Positions 11,630 to 23,869 of a stretch of DNA of 64,000 nt are shown here, piece by piece (the first letter of the stretch is position 1; each line of letters begins with the position of its first letter). The position numbers were made by a program, and so were the translations under genes. This DNA is from Octopus sinensis (lineage: Eukaryota). Location: positions 46,252,001-46,316,000 of the forward strand of contig NC_043012.1 in assembly GCF_006345805.1 (NCBI RefSeq). Direction: 5' to 3'. The notes under the pieces were generated by a model. That model saw only the letters and a list, made by a program, of their open reading frames with translations, made no database searches and was not told where the DNA came from.

Positions 11630-12130
11630 TGAGAATGTGTGTGTGTCTGTCTGTCTGTCTGTGTGTTTCCCTAAAACTTGAGAACTACACAACCAATTTC
11701 ATTCAAATTTTACACATGCCTAACATAAAGTGCATGTAGTTTCATGAACAAAACAATGTTCAACTTCTTGCCTAGAGCGAGCCCATAGCAATATCTTATC
11801 TTCTCCACTATTTCAGTATTACGTGTTAAAAGTGAAACAAAAACATTTCTCTATTTTATGTCAGATGCTTTCACTTTAACAATAAAAATAATAACAATTG
11901 AATTATATGTAGTAAGTAATAATTAAAATCAAACTAAAGTATAATATAATCGTAACATAACAAAAGTAAAATAGCAATTGGTATAAAATTGAATCTATGA
12001 CTTAAACTTGAATAAGTGGTTTCACATGAATGGGAATAAATTAAAAATAAAAGTAGTGTGCAGAAATGGAATAGTCAAGATGGATAATAAAAAATTAAAC
12101 TAAAGAAAAGACTATTGTCTATAAAGTATA
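11630..12130 (+). mobile_element. Possible non-autonomous Helitron/Helentron-like repeat
   Basis: (GTCT)n followed by aaaacttgagaactacacaaccaatttcattcaaattttacaca resembles the DINE-1/HINE-like core; no termini identified. Confidence 0.3.
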
Positions 12131-12524
12131 CAATGTAGAGAAAAAAGATTTGAACACCTGGAGGAAAGCACCATCGAAAAGTGTCTTGTATATTCGCCAC
12201 AATAGAAGCAAGTTTCGAGTAAACGGAGCATGCAAGGGAGTACTCGGCTCAAACCTTGCAAAGTGGAAATATTTTATTTTTACCTTTATATCTGGGACGT
12301 AGGATGTCCCGATAAAAATTTAAAATGCCCCCCCTCCTAGCAGTAGAGGTAGGGTGGATTGTAGCCACACTTCTATACAAGAGGGAGGACAAGATACAAT
12401 TGATCGAAATTGCAAGAGACGGGCTTACAATTCCAATCTGTTATATATTTTGAGTATTGTTATTACTAGCGATATCAAGATATAACTTTGTATTTTGCAT
12501 TTTATGTGTAGATGTATATATATA

Positions 12525-12650
12525 TAGATGTTGATGTAATATGTACACATATATATAAACATATATACATGCACTAGCACTATGACTCGGCAACAACGGG
12601 TCTTTAATGCTAGTATATATACATATATATATGTATATATATGTATATAT

Positions 12651-12718
<68 letters not shown>

Positions 12719-12731
12719 TATATACATATAC

Positions 12732-12779
<48 letters not shown>

Positions 12780-12867
12780 TAGCATTAAAGACCCGTTGTT
12801 GCCGAGTCATAGTGCTAGTGCATGTATATATGTGTATATATATGTGTACATATTACATCAACATCTA
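12525..12867. repeat. Long inverted repeat (about 98-bp arms) enclosing a (TA)n spacer
   Basis: 12525-12622 tagatgttgatgtaat...gcactagcactatgactcggcaacaacgggtctttaatgctagtat is the reverse complement of 12769-12867, one mismatch seen. Confidence 0.95.
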
Positions 12868-13215
12868 TTATCCACACCGCCCTTGCCAGAGCACGGTCCG
12901 TGGACCGTGTATCTACTCTCTCTCCCCGAACCCGCCCTGTAGTCTCCCGCCTCCCTTTTCCCCTCACTTACCACCCCACGACCCTACGTCTCCAACGCAC
13001 CATTCTTCGAGCTTCCGTCATCTCCAGTCCGACCCGTCCACTTCACACCTCTTCCCTAACCGACCCCTCCCCTCTTTCAAACGAGCCCACAACCTTCGAG
13101 ACCTTTTGGTCCATAGCTCCTTCCCTGACCCTACCTCCCAACCCGGCTCGTTCCCCTGCTCCCGCCCACGTTGCCGCACTTGCCCTTACCTCTCCAACAC
13201 TTGCCCTTACCTCCC

Positions 13216-14830
13216 CCGCACCGCATCCAACCTAATTGTGCGAACCCCACGTACCCCCACCATTTACTTCCTCCCCAAAATCCACAAACCCAACAACCCT
13301 GGCCGCCCCATCGTCTCCGCCTGTAACTGCCCCACGGAGCTCATCTCTAAATACCTCGACCGTGTCCTTGCCCCCCTAGTGGCATCTCTTCCCTCCCACA
13401 TCCACGATACCAACCATGCTCTCCGGCTTTTCAACTCTTTCTCCTTTCCTCCCGGCTCCTCCAAAATCCTTTTTACTATGGACATCCAAAGCCTCTATAC
13501 TGTTATCCCTCACCACGAAGGACTGCAGGGCCTTCGACACTTTCTTGACCTCCGCTCTAACCCTGTACCTGACACCTCCACACTCATTCGTCTGGCCGAA
13601 CTTGTCCTTACTCTGAGCTGCTTCTCGTTCGCGGGCGAGTTCTACCATCAGGTCTCGGGAGTGGCCATGGGAACGCGAATGGGCCCCAACTATGCGAACC
13701 TGTTCGTTGGCTATGTTGAGGCCCAAATATTCTCTAATTTCACTGGTCCCACTCCTGAACTATATGGTCGTTATATTGACGACATTATCGGTGCCACCTC
13801 ACTCTCCCGCGAACATCTAGATTCCTTCCTCTCTTTTGTCCAATCTTTCCATCCAGCCCTCCACTTCATTTCCACTATCTCCAACACCTCTGTCTCCTTC
13901 CTCGACATTTCGGTTAGCATTCTTCACTCCACTCTTACCACCTCCATTCACTACAAACACACAGACTCACACTCATACCTCAACTTCTCTTCCTCCCACC
14001 CAGAACACACCAAGCTTTCCATCCCCTATTCCCAATTCCTCCGTCTACGTAGGCTCTGTAGTGACGACCATGACTTTGAGACTCAGTCTCAACGTATGGC
14101 TCACCACTTCACCCTACGTGGATACCCCCTCACCACTATCCACACCGCCCTTGCCAGAGCACGGTCCGTGGACCGTGTATCTGCTCTCTCTCCTCGAACC
14201 CGCCCTGTAGTCTCCCGCCTCCTTTTCCCCTCACTTACCACCCCACGACCCTACGTCTCCAACGCACCATTCTTCGAGCTTTCCGTCATCTCCAGTCCGA
14301 CCCGTCCACTTCACACCTCTTCCCTAACCGACCCCTCCCCTCTTTCAAACGAGCCCACAACCTTCGAGACCTTTTGGTCCATAGCTCCTTCCCTGACCCT
14401 ACCTCCAACCCGGCTCGTTCCCCTGCTCCCGCCCACGTTGCCGCACTTGCCCTTACCTCTCCAACACCACCCGCCTCACTAGCACCCACCATCGACCCTA
14501 TCCCATCATCCACTCCTTCACCTGCACCTCCAGCAATATTATCTATTGCATCTCTTGCTCTCTCTGCAATTCCTTGTACATCGGACAAACGGGACGCCGC
14601 TTGGCTGACCGGTTCGCGGAACACCTTCGTGACATCCACCTTGCGAACGACACACCGGTCTCACGCCATTTCCGCTCCACCGGTCACTCCTTGCAACACC
14701 TATCTGTTTTCGGTTTGTCCTTACACAGAGGCCATCCGGATTCCCGTTTGCCCGTGAACAGGAATTAATCTTCTCTCTTCGCTCTTATACGCCATTTGGT
14801 CTCAACTCTCCCCCCTCCTCATCTAACCCC
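13216..14830 (+). CDS. PLE reverse transcriptase + GIY-YIG endonuclease (5'-truncated; single-base homopolymer frameshifts after about 14220)
   Basis: PKIHKPNNPGRPIVS, TMDIQSLYTVIPH, GVAMGTRMGPNYANLF, YGRYIDD, FLDI, YKHTDSHSYL; then NIIYCISCSLCNSLYIGQTGRRLADRFAEH and REQELIFSL. Confidence 0.88.
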
Positions 14831-15169
14831 CCTCTCCCCCTCCCCATCTACCCCCCTCTCCCCCCTCCTCACCTATCCTTTCTCCCCCGACCCCTACTTC
14901 TTCAGTCCTTCATCCTTTCACCCCTACTCCCCTTCCCTTCTTCCCTCTTTCTCCCTCCCTCTTCCCCTTCCCTCTGCTCCCTCACTCCCTCTCTCCCCCT
15001 CTCCCTCTTTCCTCCTTCATCCCCCTCCTCCCATTCCTTCTCCCCATCCTCTCCTCTTCCCCCTCCTCCTCCCCCTCTTCTTCCCCTCCCCTCCTCTCCA
15101 CCCCTCTTCTCCCCCTCTTCTCCTAACTACACCACATGACTTTACACATCACATCACATATGATGTGCC

Positions 15170-15403
15170 ATACTAATACACACACCAACTAATACATACT
15201 AATACGTACTAATACATACTAGTACATACTAATACTTACACCAACCCTATACATACACACGTCCAGACCCCGCATACGCACTTATACTCTCTCACACACA
15301 CACACATACCTATACATACCAATACGTACTAATACATACTAATACATACACCAACCCCATATATACGCACGTCCAGACCAATCTTACGCACTAATACTCT
15401 CTG

Positions 15404-15439
<36 letters not shown>

Positions 15440-15500
15440 ATACATACAAATACATACACCAACCCTATACATACACACATCCAGACCCCTCCCACGCACT
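15170..15500 (+). repeat. Imperfect tandem repeat (about 100-110-bp unit, about 3 copies) in the PLE 3' tail
   Basis: accaacccYatayatacRcacRtccagacc recurs at about 15240, 15350 and 15460, interspersed with ctaatacatac and (CA)n. Confidence 0.7.
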
Positions 15501-15672
15501 TTTAGCTGGTCCCTCAACCCTTTTATCAACCCTATTATCTCCCCTTATTTCGCTCTCGCGTCTCATGTTTGATCTTTGACCTCTGGCCGAAATCAGATCG
15601 CCATGTTGATTTGTTAGCTACTGCACGCATTTTTTTTCTCTCCTTCTTTCTGTGTTTTTCTCTCTCTCTGTA

Positions 15673-15710
15673 TCTTTCTGTTGAAGAGCGTAGGCTCGAA
15701 ACGTTAAAGA
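15673..15710 (+). ncRNA. Minimal type I hammerhead-like motif with A6U core change
   Basis: TCTTT-CTGTTGA-A-GAGC(GTAG)GCTC-GAA-ACGT-T-AAAGA: stem I TCTTT/AAAGA, stem II 4 bp, palindromic stem III. Confidence 0.55.
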
Positions 15711-15829
15711 CTTGTTTTATTTATATTTCCTGAGCGCCATACTAATACAATTGTTCGTTTGTTTTCCACCTGCCTTCGTCTTTTGTTTATTTTCATAAAG
15801 CTTCCCGTATATATATATATATATATATA

Positions 15830-17900
15830 CTTGTCCATCAACAGGACCGGTCTGCTGTAACGAGACCTGTCTGCGGGGCCATTGTTGCGAACACATCGTA
15901 CGCCCTCTGATGAAAATGTCTCCTGATATGTGACAATGGTTACTTAGATGAACATTACCCTAATTGTTCCTGCCCAACGAGATCGGTAACAGATAGGCCA
16001 CCTACTCTAAATTTTATGGCCAGGAACACCTCTAGAGGGAGACAAGAGATATACGGACAAATGATGATCAAGTTAAAAAGATGGTTGATCATGTTTTGGC
16101 TGCGAGTAGCAAGATCACACTCGAGGGCCACATATTTAAGTTTAATAACAAGGTATACGCCTAAAGGGATGTTGCAGCCATCGATGTCAGGACTCTATAA
16201 CCCTAACCATATACTCCCGCTATGTGGATGATATCAACATAGTAGGCAAAGCACCCTTACAAAACAATGTTGATGACATAGAAACTTACACCATGGAGAG
16301 CATCCAGCAAATAGCTAAGTCCGTCCATCAGGGTATTAAAGTAACGATAGCCGACCCTAAAATGCACCCCAACCATAGGCTTCTAATTTTACACACGGAA
16401 CTCTGGTTAGAAACAAAAAAACAATAATGTCAAGAGCCTTCACTCGCATTATGCCAAACCCGTGGCCTCTAAATACCTTGTCCACAAGAACACAGCCATT
16501 GCGGACAATGCCAGTTCCAATATTCTTATAGCAGACTTGTTGACAGTGATGAGAAATGTATATCGCATGTGCGACCCTCTGAAATTGGAAAGATACACAC
16601 AGCACATTTTCCACTGCATACAGTTCTCTCGCCACAACCAAAGGGGCAGGATTAGAGTGTACAAAGGAGCTAGGGTTAAGTACAAAGCCATCAAAGAGAG
16701 TAAATCCTAGAATAGCACCGAAAGACCCCCCCCAAAAAAAAAAGATAGATAAGGCTAACTCATGGTATAACAAAAAAGGAAAAGAAGTGTGTCAGATTCG
16801 TTAATGCTACCCCTGGCGGCGGACTTTAGAAAAACTTTAGATAAGGCTAATCTATGATCTATAGAACTTATCCTTTCGATAGGTCCCTATGTATTGTATG
16901 TGGGTTAAACACACATGTTAACTGTAAGGTTAGGAATATAGTGCATGGCTTACGATAGGAAGGTGCAGTTTCATGACAACTACTTACAGTCAAGAGACAG
17001 CATGCAGCATAGGAGAGCGTAAAGGTGAAAACTGGCAAGAGATTAAAGAAGAGAAAGGCTCATCAGTGATCTACCAACATACTCAAGCAGAACATAGAGG
17101 CTCAGTCAATAGCATAGACGTGAAAGCATTATCAACGCACAGAACTGACACAACACGGAAGTAATACACATATAGCAAGGGACAGAGCGAAGCTCAACAG
17201 AATACACAAATGGAACAATAACATCCAAAACCACACCAGACAACATGGTGACTAAAAACTGCAGAAAGAAATAAAAAGAAAAGAAACACCGTAATTCACA
17301 TGCAATGGACATATATGTACATACCCCGGATAACTATTTTTAAAAAATTAGAGAAATAAAAAAATGGATACAAATAGCAGAGGAAGCGAACGGATATACA
17401 CACGCAAACAATCATGATAACTTGACAGACAGCCGCAACAATATCAACAATATGACATTCAACAATGGCAACAAAAATAAAAACAACAACATGCACCACG
17501 ATGGCAGCAGCGTAGGCGAATTCTGAAACAGTGAGTCACAAGAACGGTACAACAAGTCCGGTTCAAGGGCTGCAACAGCGACAACAGAGTAGACAACGGG
17601 GCTGAGGGAAGGGCAATAATGTTACTGAGAACAATACCCCTCCCCTCACATACACACACGTACACACGCAACACACACACGCACCTGTACACACTCATTC
17701 ATAGAAACAGAGACGAATGTGCATATAAGGATACACAACATTAAATAACAGAAAGGAATAAGTAGAGCAAGAGCACACACGAAGATGGAAAGTGTTGTTG
17801 AAGAGGTCACAGATGTGTGACGAAATATTTCCGTACAATGGATATGGGTTAGAATAAGAACAGTAATAAACCACCTCGAAATTCCACCTCGAAATTCCAC
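15830..17900 (+). mobile_element. Second Penelope-like element, different family, decayed
   Basis: TRPVCGAIVA, HIFKFNNKVY, YVDDINIVG, VASKYLVHKNTAIADN..NILIADL, and GIY-YIG-like YSQETACSIGERKGE..VIYQH; many stops. Confidence 0.75.
17791..17835 (+). ncRNA. Hammerhead-like motif in PLE terminal repeat (stem I unsupported)
   Basis: TTGAAGA-G-GTCAC(AGATGT)GTGAC-GAA-ATAT-T; homolog at 36057. Confidence 0.35.
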
Positions 17901-17919
17901 CTCGAAATACAATAGTTCT

Positions 17920-18530
<611 letters not shown>

Positions 18531-19399
18531 TGTGTACATACGTCTTATTTTCAGTAGCAAGACCTAACGCATAAAATCACGAATAGTAAAAGTAATAAGA
18601 ATAAATACACTAATCTGCATCTGTAACTTTTGTAGAAAACCATGGACTTACATTGGAGATATATAATTGATTAACTTCACCAATAGTAGACAACCAGTTT
18701 ATCGATCTGACATAGACGAAAGTAAAGAAGACAAAACCATAAACTGCGATTGCCTATTTTCCATCTTCAAATAAGGACAGAGTTGTTAGGAAAGAAGTTA
18801 AATACTATGCCATAACTATGCTGTGTTTTATTATTACAAGTGCACGATACCGAATATAATAATCCACTAGAACATAATAAATCAAACCAGATAAAAGATA
18901 ATGTCACAATCAGAAAATCGTTTTAAAACGCCATCGCAGACATGAAGACTAATGTGTATGTATTTGAATCAACAATGTACTTTATAATATGAAAGAAAAT
19001 CGAGCAACTGATATCTAACTAGAAAGTAAAAATGGTTTATGATATAATTATCGATTTTTCTTTAATTATATTATAAATGTGGAAAAAAAAGAAAATATGA
19101 GAAAAACAGTAAACTAATTAATCTTTTGTATCAAATGTTACGCAAGGAAATATTCAAAATAAATTTTTGTAAAGAAATAGATAGACATCTTTAAATAATG
19201 CCAGAAAATACTAAATCATAAAAAAGATAATGAAAATACGCTATTTCAGGAATAATCAAATTATTCAACTGCATCGTGTAGATATATATAATATTCCTGT
19301 CATGTAGTAAACACAAATTATCTATTCTCAAAGCTCGTGATATTTTTCTGATTATATTTAGATATCAAATGCATTAACTGAATAATAAATATGCAACAT

Positions 19400-19430
<31 letters not shown>

Positions 19431-20676
19431 ATTATATATGAATATATACATAGTTAAGAATCCATGCTAATATCTGCAAATACTTCTATATTTACTTTTA
19501 CACAAACTGTGTACACAATTCAAATTTATGAGGGATTTGACACAAATGTATCCAACTATAATAACATACATACATGTATATGTTTCATATGTGCATACAC
19601 ACACGGGCGCGCGCACACACATATTTATTTTCTGGTAATGCGAAAACTGTATATGTATGCGAACGTATGAATGCGCTCAATCGTAGACGTTTGTATCCAG
19701 TGATGAGAATGAGAATTATCTAATATTCTTGATTGAAATAAACGACTAAGTGTTTCATATTGCAATGTAGAAAATAACTTCCTTTGTTCTTGAAAGAGGT
19801 AATGTTTTAGTTATTGACTTTCATATTGTTTTATAAATCAATCAGAGGAGAGATATCTCATGTTATTGGAAGTAATTTGGAGACTCGTATTTGATTCTAA
19901 AACTTGAGGCTTGTATCTGATACTAACTGGAGATACGATTAAGCTATGTATAACCAAACACTTCACACGTTGGAATAAGCGAGCAGAATTAAATATTCAT
20001 TGATGATGCATTACTTAGACACAATACCGTGATTTACCTTTGCTGTTTGTTGAGGTTTACTTACGTAAACCAGTAAAAGGTTTTGTGTGTCTCCTATAGG
20101 TATACCCTTATCCCGTCGTGGTGCAATTGAGAATTAGAAACCATAAGGAAAAGACAACGTATTTTCAGTTTCATAGGTACATTTTCTATTCAAGAGATTA
20201 CTTGAATAGAAAATTAACTATGTTGCATATATTGCATCTAGATTATTTTAGAAGTCGATTTTCCTGTTCAAATTAATATTCACAACAGAATTTGAAACAT
20301 AATTTAGTTAATGGGAATATTACAGCATTGTTATTTTTTGTGGTGGCAACAATATATATATACATATAAAACTCAACGTAATATAGGAAGAACATTTTGA
20401 GAATTACAATATAATATTAACAAACAAAATATCTTGTATGCATCATCTCAAGTAAGCAATAAATAACACTGTAGGTGAATAGTGATAAAACAATAAACAA
20501 AACCACATCATTATTCAGTAGAATAAGACTAAGATGGGGAACTGGCAAATATATTGTAGAATTGTGGGGAATGTTTTCTAGATAAATATTTTCTGCGTTC
20601 AAATTCCCTCGTTTCAAGTTTTTGAAGTCGAGGTTAACTCTATTACGTCACTCTTAGTACTCAATAAATATTGCTA

Positions 20677-21205
20677 GTGGGTTGTCCGGAAAGTTCGTGC
20701 CGATTTATAGTAGCTTACCTTTCGACTTATTTTAGAACGTGTTTGAGTCCATAAAATAGGATTTGACTACACCTCCATTTAGAGCACAGTTAAAGGTATC
20801 TTTTCGTAGAAGAAGATTTATGTTCCTATAACCTGTGTTAATTCTGTAACCCTTTAAAATGGAAGATAAAAAAGTTCATTTTCGGCACTTCATGCTTTGG
20901 AAACCAGACAAAATTGCTGCAGCTCAGCTAGGATGTATTTCCCCACCCTTCATATTCACCAGATATTGCTCCTTCGGATTTCCACTTATTCAGGTCTCTG
21001 CAGAATAGTCTTAATGGTAAAAATTTCGATTCCTTGGATGACGTAAAAAGATACCTTGATGAATTATTTGCCATGAAAACACCTCAATTCTGGGAAGAGG
21101 GTTAAAGAAAATGGTTCATATTTGGTTGATTAAAGATGTAATGGCAAGCATTTATTGACCTTTCCTTTCCTTTAAAAACCGGCACGAACTTTCTGGACAA
21201 CCCAA
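20677..21205 (+). mobile_element. Internally deleted mariner element / MITE
   Basis: TIRs gtgggttgtccggaaagttcgtgccg / cggcacgaactttctggacaacccaa, TA on both flanks; internal remnant DDVKRYLDELFAMKTPQFWEEG of transposase C-terminus. Confidence 0.85.
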
Positions 21206-21224
21206 TATTATAATAACGATAAAT

Positions 21225-21422
21225 GCACCGCCCTGGCAGAATCGATAGAGCACCAGACAAAATGCTTAGCAGCATTTTGTCTCTCCTTATACTCTAGTTC
21301 GAATTTCGCCGAGGTCGGTCTTGTCTTTCATCTTTTCGAAGTCTATAAACTAAGTACCAGTTATGTAAGCGACTAGCACCCTCTTCCGAAATTACAGGGC
21401 CTGTCACTATAGTAAAAAGAAT
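21225..21422 (+). mobile_element. SINE family A copy
   Basis: ctggcagaatcgatagagcaccagacaaaatgcttagcagcatt...ttcgccgaggtcg...aagtaccag. Confidence 0.72.
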
Positions 21423-21449
21423 CATAATAAAAATCATGATAATAATGAT

Positions 21450-22040
21450 AATCTGTGATGCGCAGGAAAAGGTACGTACAATAATTTCTAAGAAATGCAG
21501 GATTGATAATGATGTACGAAATAACAAGTGCAGGTTGCGTAGTGATAAAGCAGAGACGTTTTGGGATATTGTGAATCAGTACAGGAATATTCCCCCCCAC
21601 CCACCCCCTCAAAAATATTAGCCAATAAGTTACAATGAGGCACAAAGAATGATACATTGGGTAGTGTGTGTTAAATATAGCTAAGATAGAACAAACGTGT
21701 GGTATGGACAACAAACATTAGAAAGAGTAATCGAGAGCGACAATGTAAAGATACAGTGGGACGTAAGGAGTAAAGGTGTTCATTGAAAGGGACAATGATG
21801 AAGAAATATCCTGTTTAATGACAGATATTACATTGCTCAGAGGATGAAAAATAATCAGAAAAGGAAAATGTGGAACAGGTTAGATAGGAAGTTGAGTGCT
21901 AAACTTGGAGGAGTTGTTGCTGTAAAGGTCAGCATCAGAAAATAAATTGCAAAGTTATAGATAAATCTTCAGAAAACAGCGTTGCTTTAGCTAACTGTGG
22001 TTAGCTGACAGCTGCATTCTACTGTGAAGTTACTGTATTA
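21450..22040 (+). mobile_element. Decayed R4/Dong-like 3' fragment (CCHC + REL)
   Basis: ICDAQEKVRT..KCRL..AETFWDIV, MIHWVVCVKY..VWY..VIESDNVKIQWDV match the R4-clade C-terminal pattern. Confidence 0.7.
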
Positions 22041-22044
22041 AGTC

Positions 22045-22088
22045 AGATAATAATAATAACAATAATCCTAATAACAATTATATTAAAG

Positions 22089-22172
<84 letters not shown>

Positions 22173-22207
22173 TGATAATAGTAATAATAATAATTATTAT
22201 TATTAAA

Positions 22208-22245
<38 letters not shown>

Positions 22246-22257
22246 TAATAATAATAA

Positions 22258-22313
<56 letters not shown>

Positions 22314-22399
22314 TAATAATAATAATAAAAATAATAATAATATAATAATAATAATAATATAATAATAATAATAATAAAATAATAATAATAATAATAATG

Positions 22400-22452
<53 letters not shown>
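22045..22452 (+). repeat. (AAT)n microsatellite
   Basis: Direct reading. Confidence 0.97.
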
Positions 22453-22454
<2 letters not shown>

Positions 22455-22927
22455 TAAAAAAACCCACTTCATTATTCAGCAGAATAAGTGTAAGATGGGG
22501 AACTGGCAAATATATTGTAGAATTGTGGGGAAGGTTTTCTAGATAAATATTTTCTGCGTTCAAATTCCCTCGTTTCAAGTTTTTGAAGTCGAGGTTAACT
22601 CTATTACGTCACTCTTAGTACTCAATAAATATTGCTAGTGGGTTGTCCGGTAAGTTCGTGCCAATTTATAGTAGCTTACCTTTCGACTTATTTTAGAACA
22701 TGTTTGAGTCCATAAAATAGGATTTGAATACACCTGCATTTAGAGCACAGTTAAAGGTATCTTTTCGTAGAAGAAGATTTATGTTCCTTTAACCTGTGTT
22801 AATTCTGTAACTCTTTAAAATGGAAGATAAAAAGTTTATTTTCAGCACTTCATGCTTTGGAAACCAGACAAAATTGCTGCAGCTCAGCTAGGATGTATTT
22901 CCCCACCCTTCATATTCACCAGATATT
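22451..22927 (+). repeat. Dispersed direct duplication of 20490-20967
   Basis: About 477 bp colinear with 20490-20967 including unique flank and left half of the mariner MITE; roughly 90-95 percent identical by eye. Confidence 0.92.
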
Positions 22928-22959
22928 TGGGGTTTTTTTTAAACCAAAAAAAAAAGAAA

Positions 22960-23075
22960 AAATATATGGTACACTAGGCATAACAACGTCGTGAACTTCC
23001 AACCGGTTGTCTCTTGAGGTCTCTGGGTGAGACTTGGAGCCGATTTGTAAAGACATAAAGCAAAAGTCAAACATA
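22960..23075 (+). mobile_element. Probable 3' UTR-only fragment of an R4/Dong-like element
   Basis: gaggtctctgggtgagacttggagccgatttgtaaagacataaagcaaaagtcaaacatag runs directly into (AAT)n, like the neighbouring 3' ends. Confidence 0.45.
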
Positions 23076-23085
23076 GAATAATAAC

Positions 23086-23148
<63 letters not shown>

Positions 23149-23149
<1 letters not shown>

Positions 23150-23655
23150 TGCACACACCAGAAAAGGTCACAGAAAACGAGAAAGCAACCATACTCTGGG
23201 ATATGCCGATACACACAGATAGAGAAATTAAGGCCAACAGACCAGATATAGTTGTCAGAGATCATGAAGAAAAAAAAATGCTTTCTAATTGATGTATCAA
23301 TACCGGCTGATGACAACGTGTCTCTAAAAGAAATGGAGAAACTCTCAAAATACAAAGACCTGGAAATAGAGGTAACTAGAATGTGGAACCTGAAAACAGA
23401 AACAATTCCTATCATAATAGGTGCATTAGGCATGATAAAAAAATATTCAGACAAATACATAACAAAAACACCAGGACTTACAAACACATATAACATACAG
23501 AAAATTGCACTACTAGGCACTGCACACATCCTACGCAGAACACTTTCCATACAATAACCATCAGAGCATCACAACAAATCACATCACATACCCAAGGCAC
23601 ACAGAGCTGCGCTCGGTAGTGAACTGAAAGCACGCTATAAAAATAAAACTACTGA
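23149..23655 (+). mobile_element. 5'-truncated R4/Dong-like element: REL endonuclease C-terminus + 3' UTR + (AAT)n tail
   Basis: HTPEKVTENEKATILWDMPIHTDREIKANRPDIVVRDH..CFLIDVSIPADDNVSLKEMEKLSKYKDLEIEVTRMW..IPIIIGALG..GTAHILRRTLSIQ (PD..D/ExK pattern); (AAT)n on both sides. Confidence 0.88.
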
Positions 23656-23691
23656 ATAATAATAATAATAATAATAACTATAATAATAGTT

Positions 23692-23867
23692 AGAAGAAGA
23701 AGAAGAAGAAGAAGAAGAAGAAGAAGAAGAAGAAGAAGAAGAAGAAGAAGAAGAAGAAGAAAGAAGAAGAAGAAGAAGAAGAAGAAGAGAAGAAGAAGAA
23801 GAAGAAGAAGAAGAAGAAGAGAAGAAGAAGAAGAAGAAGAAGAAGAAGAAGAAGAAGAAGAAGAAGA
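23692..23867 (+). repeat. (AAG)n microsatellite
   Basis: Direct reading. Confidence 0.97.
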
Positions 23868-23869
23868 AT

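Larger units (their letters stand above)
12868..15808 (+). mobile_element. Penelope-like retroelement, young, with upstream partial duplication and long pyrimidine-rich 3' tail
   Basis: RT and GIY-YIG coding region, 12868-13215 duplicates 14137-14462, hammerhead-like motif near the 3' end at 15673. Confidence 0.9.

Noticed and set aside
12205-12255. Hammerhead-like relic on the minus strand (GAGTA...TACTC-GAAAC)
   Set aside because: Upstream core reads TTGAGCC rather than CTGANGA and no UH site or stem I can be drawn.
22078-22578. Poly-Ile/Leu ORFs resembling membrane proteins
   Set aside because: Translation of the (AAT)n array.
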